From Octopus sinensis (lineage: Eukaryota): DNA of 64,000 nt. The notes under the pieces were generated by a model. The model had not been told where the DNA came from and searched no databases. It saw nothing but the letters and a program-made list of their open reading frames with translations. Position 1 is the first letter of the stretch. Each line of letters begins with the position of its first letter. Shown piece after piece: positions 63,166 through 64,000 of the stretch. The DNA lies in NCBI RefSeq assembly GCF_006345805.1, contig NC_042997.1, forward strand, positions 86,242,001 through 86,306,000. The letters are read 5' to 3'. Made by a program: the position numbers and the translations under genes.

Positions 63166-64000
63166 TTCCATAACTTTACTGTTTGTGAGTAGGCCTTGAA
63201 GGAGCATGTACACAGGTAATCTCCAATGTGATATGCTAATTCTAAGTCTTGTGGCAAATATAAAAATCAATTCTAAGTCTATGCGACTCAGTGCCAATTC
63301 TGTTCCACACGAGACTGAACAGATTTCAATCGAGCATTATGCAATATCAGACGCGCTGAATGTCCACTATCAATATATCCCATAACAGACATTTTTTTCG
63401 TATTGTCATATGAAAAATAAAAGTTACTCTGTCCGTTAGTAGCTAGCCTTCAGTTTCTTGTATCAAGCCTAAAGGTTCAAGAATTGATGGAATATTAATG
63501 CGACTTACTATAGATAAAATGCAAATCTAAGATAATGGATAAAATGGACATACAATAGCAAATCGGCTTAATGTAATAAACAACCATAAAGATATGCCTT
63601 TACATAATCAATACTTCTCTGACTCTAACCTAAATATTGTCATGTATCTTGAATATTAACTCAGGTCAATCAGAAATTTATGGGGAAAGAAATTTATGGG
63701 GAAAGACACAAAGAGAAACGTTGAATAATGGGTATCAACGATGTGTGTGTGTATGTGTATGCGTGTGTGTGTGTGTGTGTGTGTGAATACTGACGCATCT
63801 ACGTATGAATACTTGCAAGCACGCACACGCACAAAGGTGGGGGAGAGAGAGAGAGAGCGTATGTGTGTATGTCTTAGAATATGTTACGAATGTACACGCG
63901 ACGAGAAAATTCTTAACCACAACCCACAGAATTTAGTTCAGATTGCGATGTGTTTCGTGATTATAGAGAGTCCAAAGTTAATTTTGTGGTTGAAAAATAA

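Overview
This is AT-rich, microsatellite-dense eukaryotic DNA. The SINE/LINE repertoire resembles that of an octopod cephalopod, a judgement from recalled repeat motifs and not from a database search. One host gene is supported: the last three coding exons of a + strand single-pass membrane protein (10130-10327, 17218-17400, 24555-25090; all phase-1 junctions; about 305 aa). It reads as a furin-type RLKR site, one LDL-receptor class A module, a TM helix, and a Pro/Ser/Gly-rich tail ending in LPTYEEV, an LDLRAD3/4-like architecture. Its 5' exon(s) were not found. The rest is mostly transposable elements: a near full-length RTE LINE (39546-44337) plus truncated relatives, two R4/Dong-type RLE retrotransposons next to (TAA)n arrays, a young 5'-truncated CR1-type LINE, a Tc1 (DD34E) element and a deleted mariner with TIRs and TA duplications, hAT-like MITEs, at least four tRNA-derived SINE families, and several long inverted repeats. 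The most unusual signals are a complete C4HC3 PHD-type finger inserted inside the RTE reverse transcriptase (seen in two copies), a minimal type I hammerhead ribozyme motif locked inside a 45-bp inverted repeat, and an RTE ORF broken only by small deletions with no in-frame stops. No rRNA, true tRNA or CRISPR features were seen.
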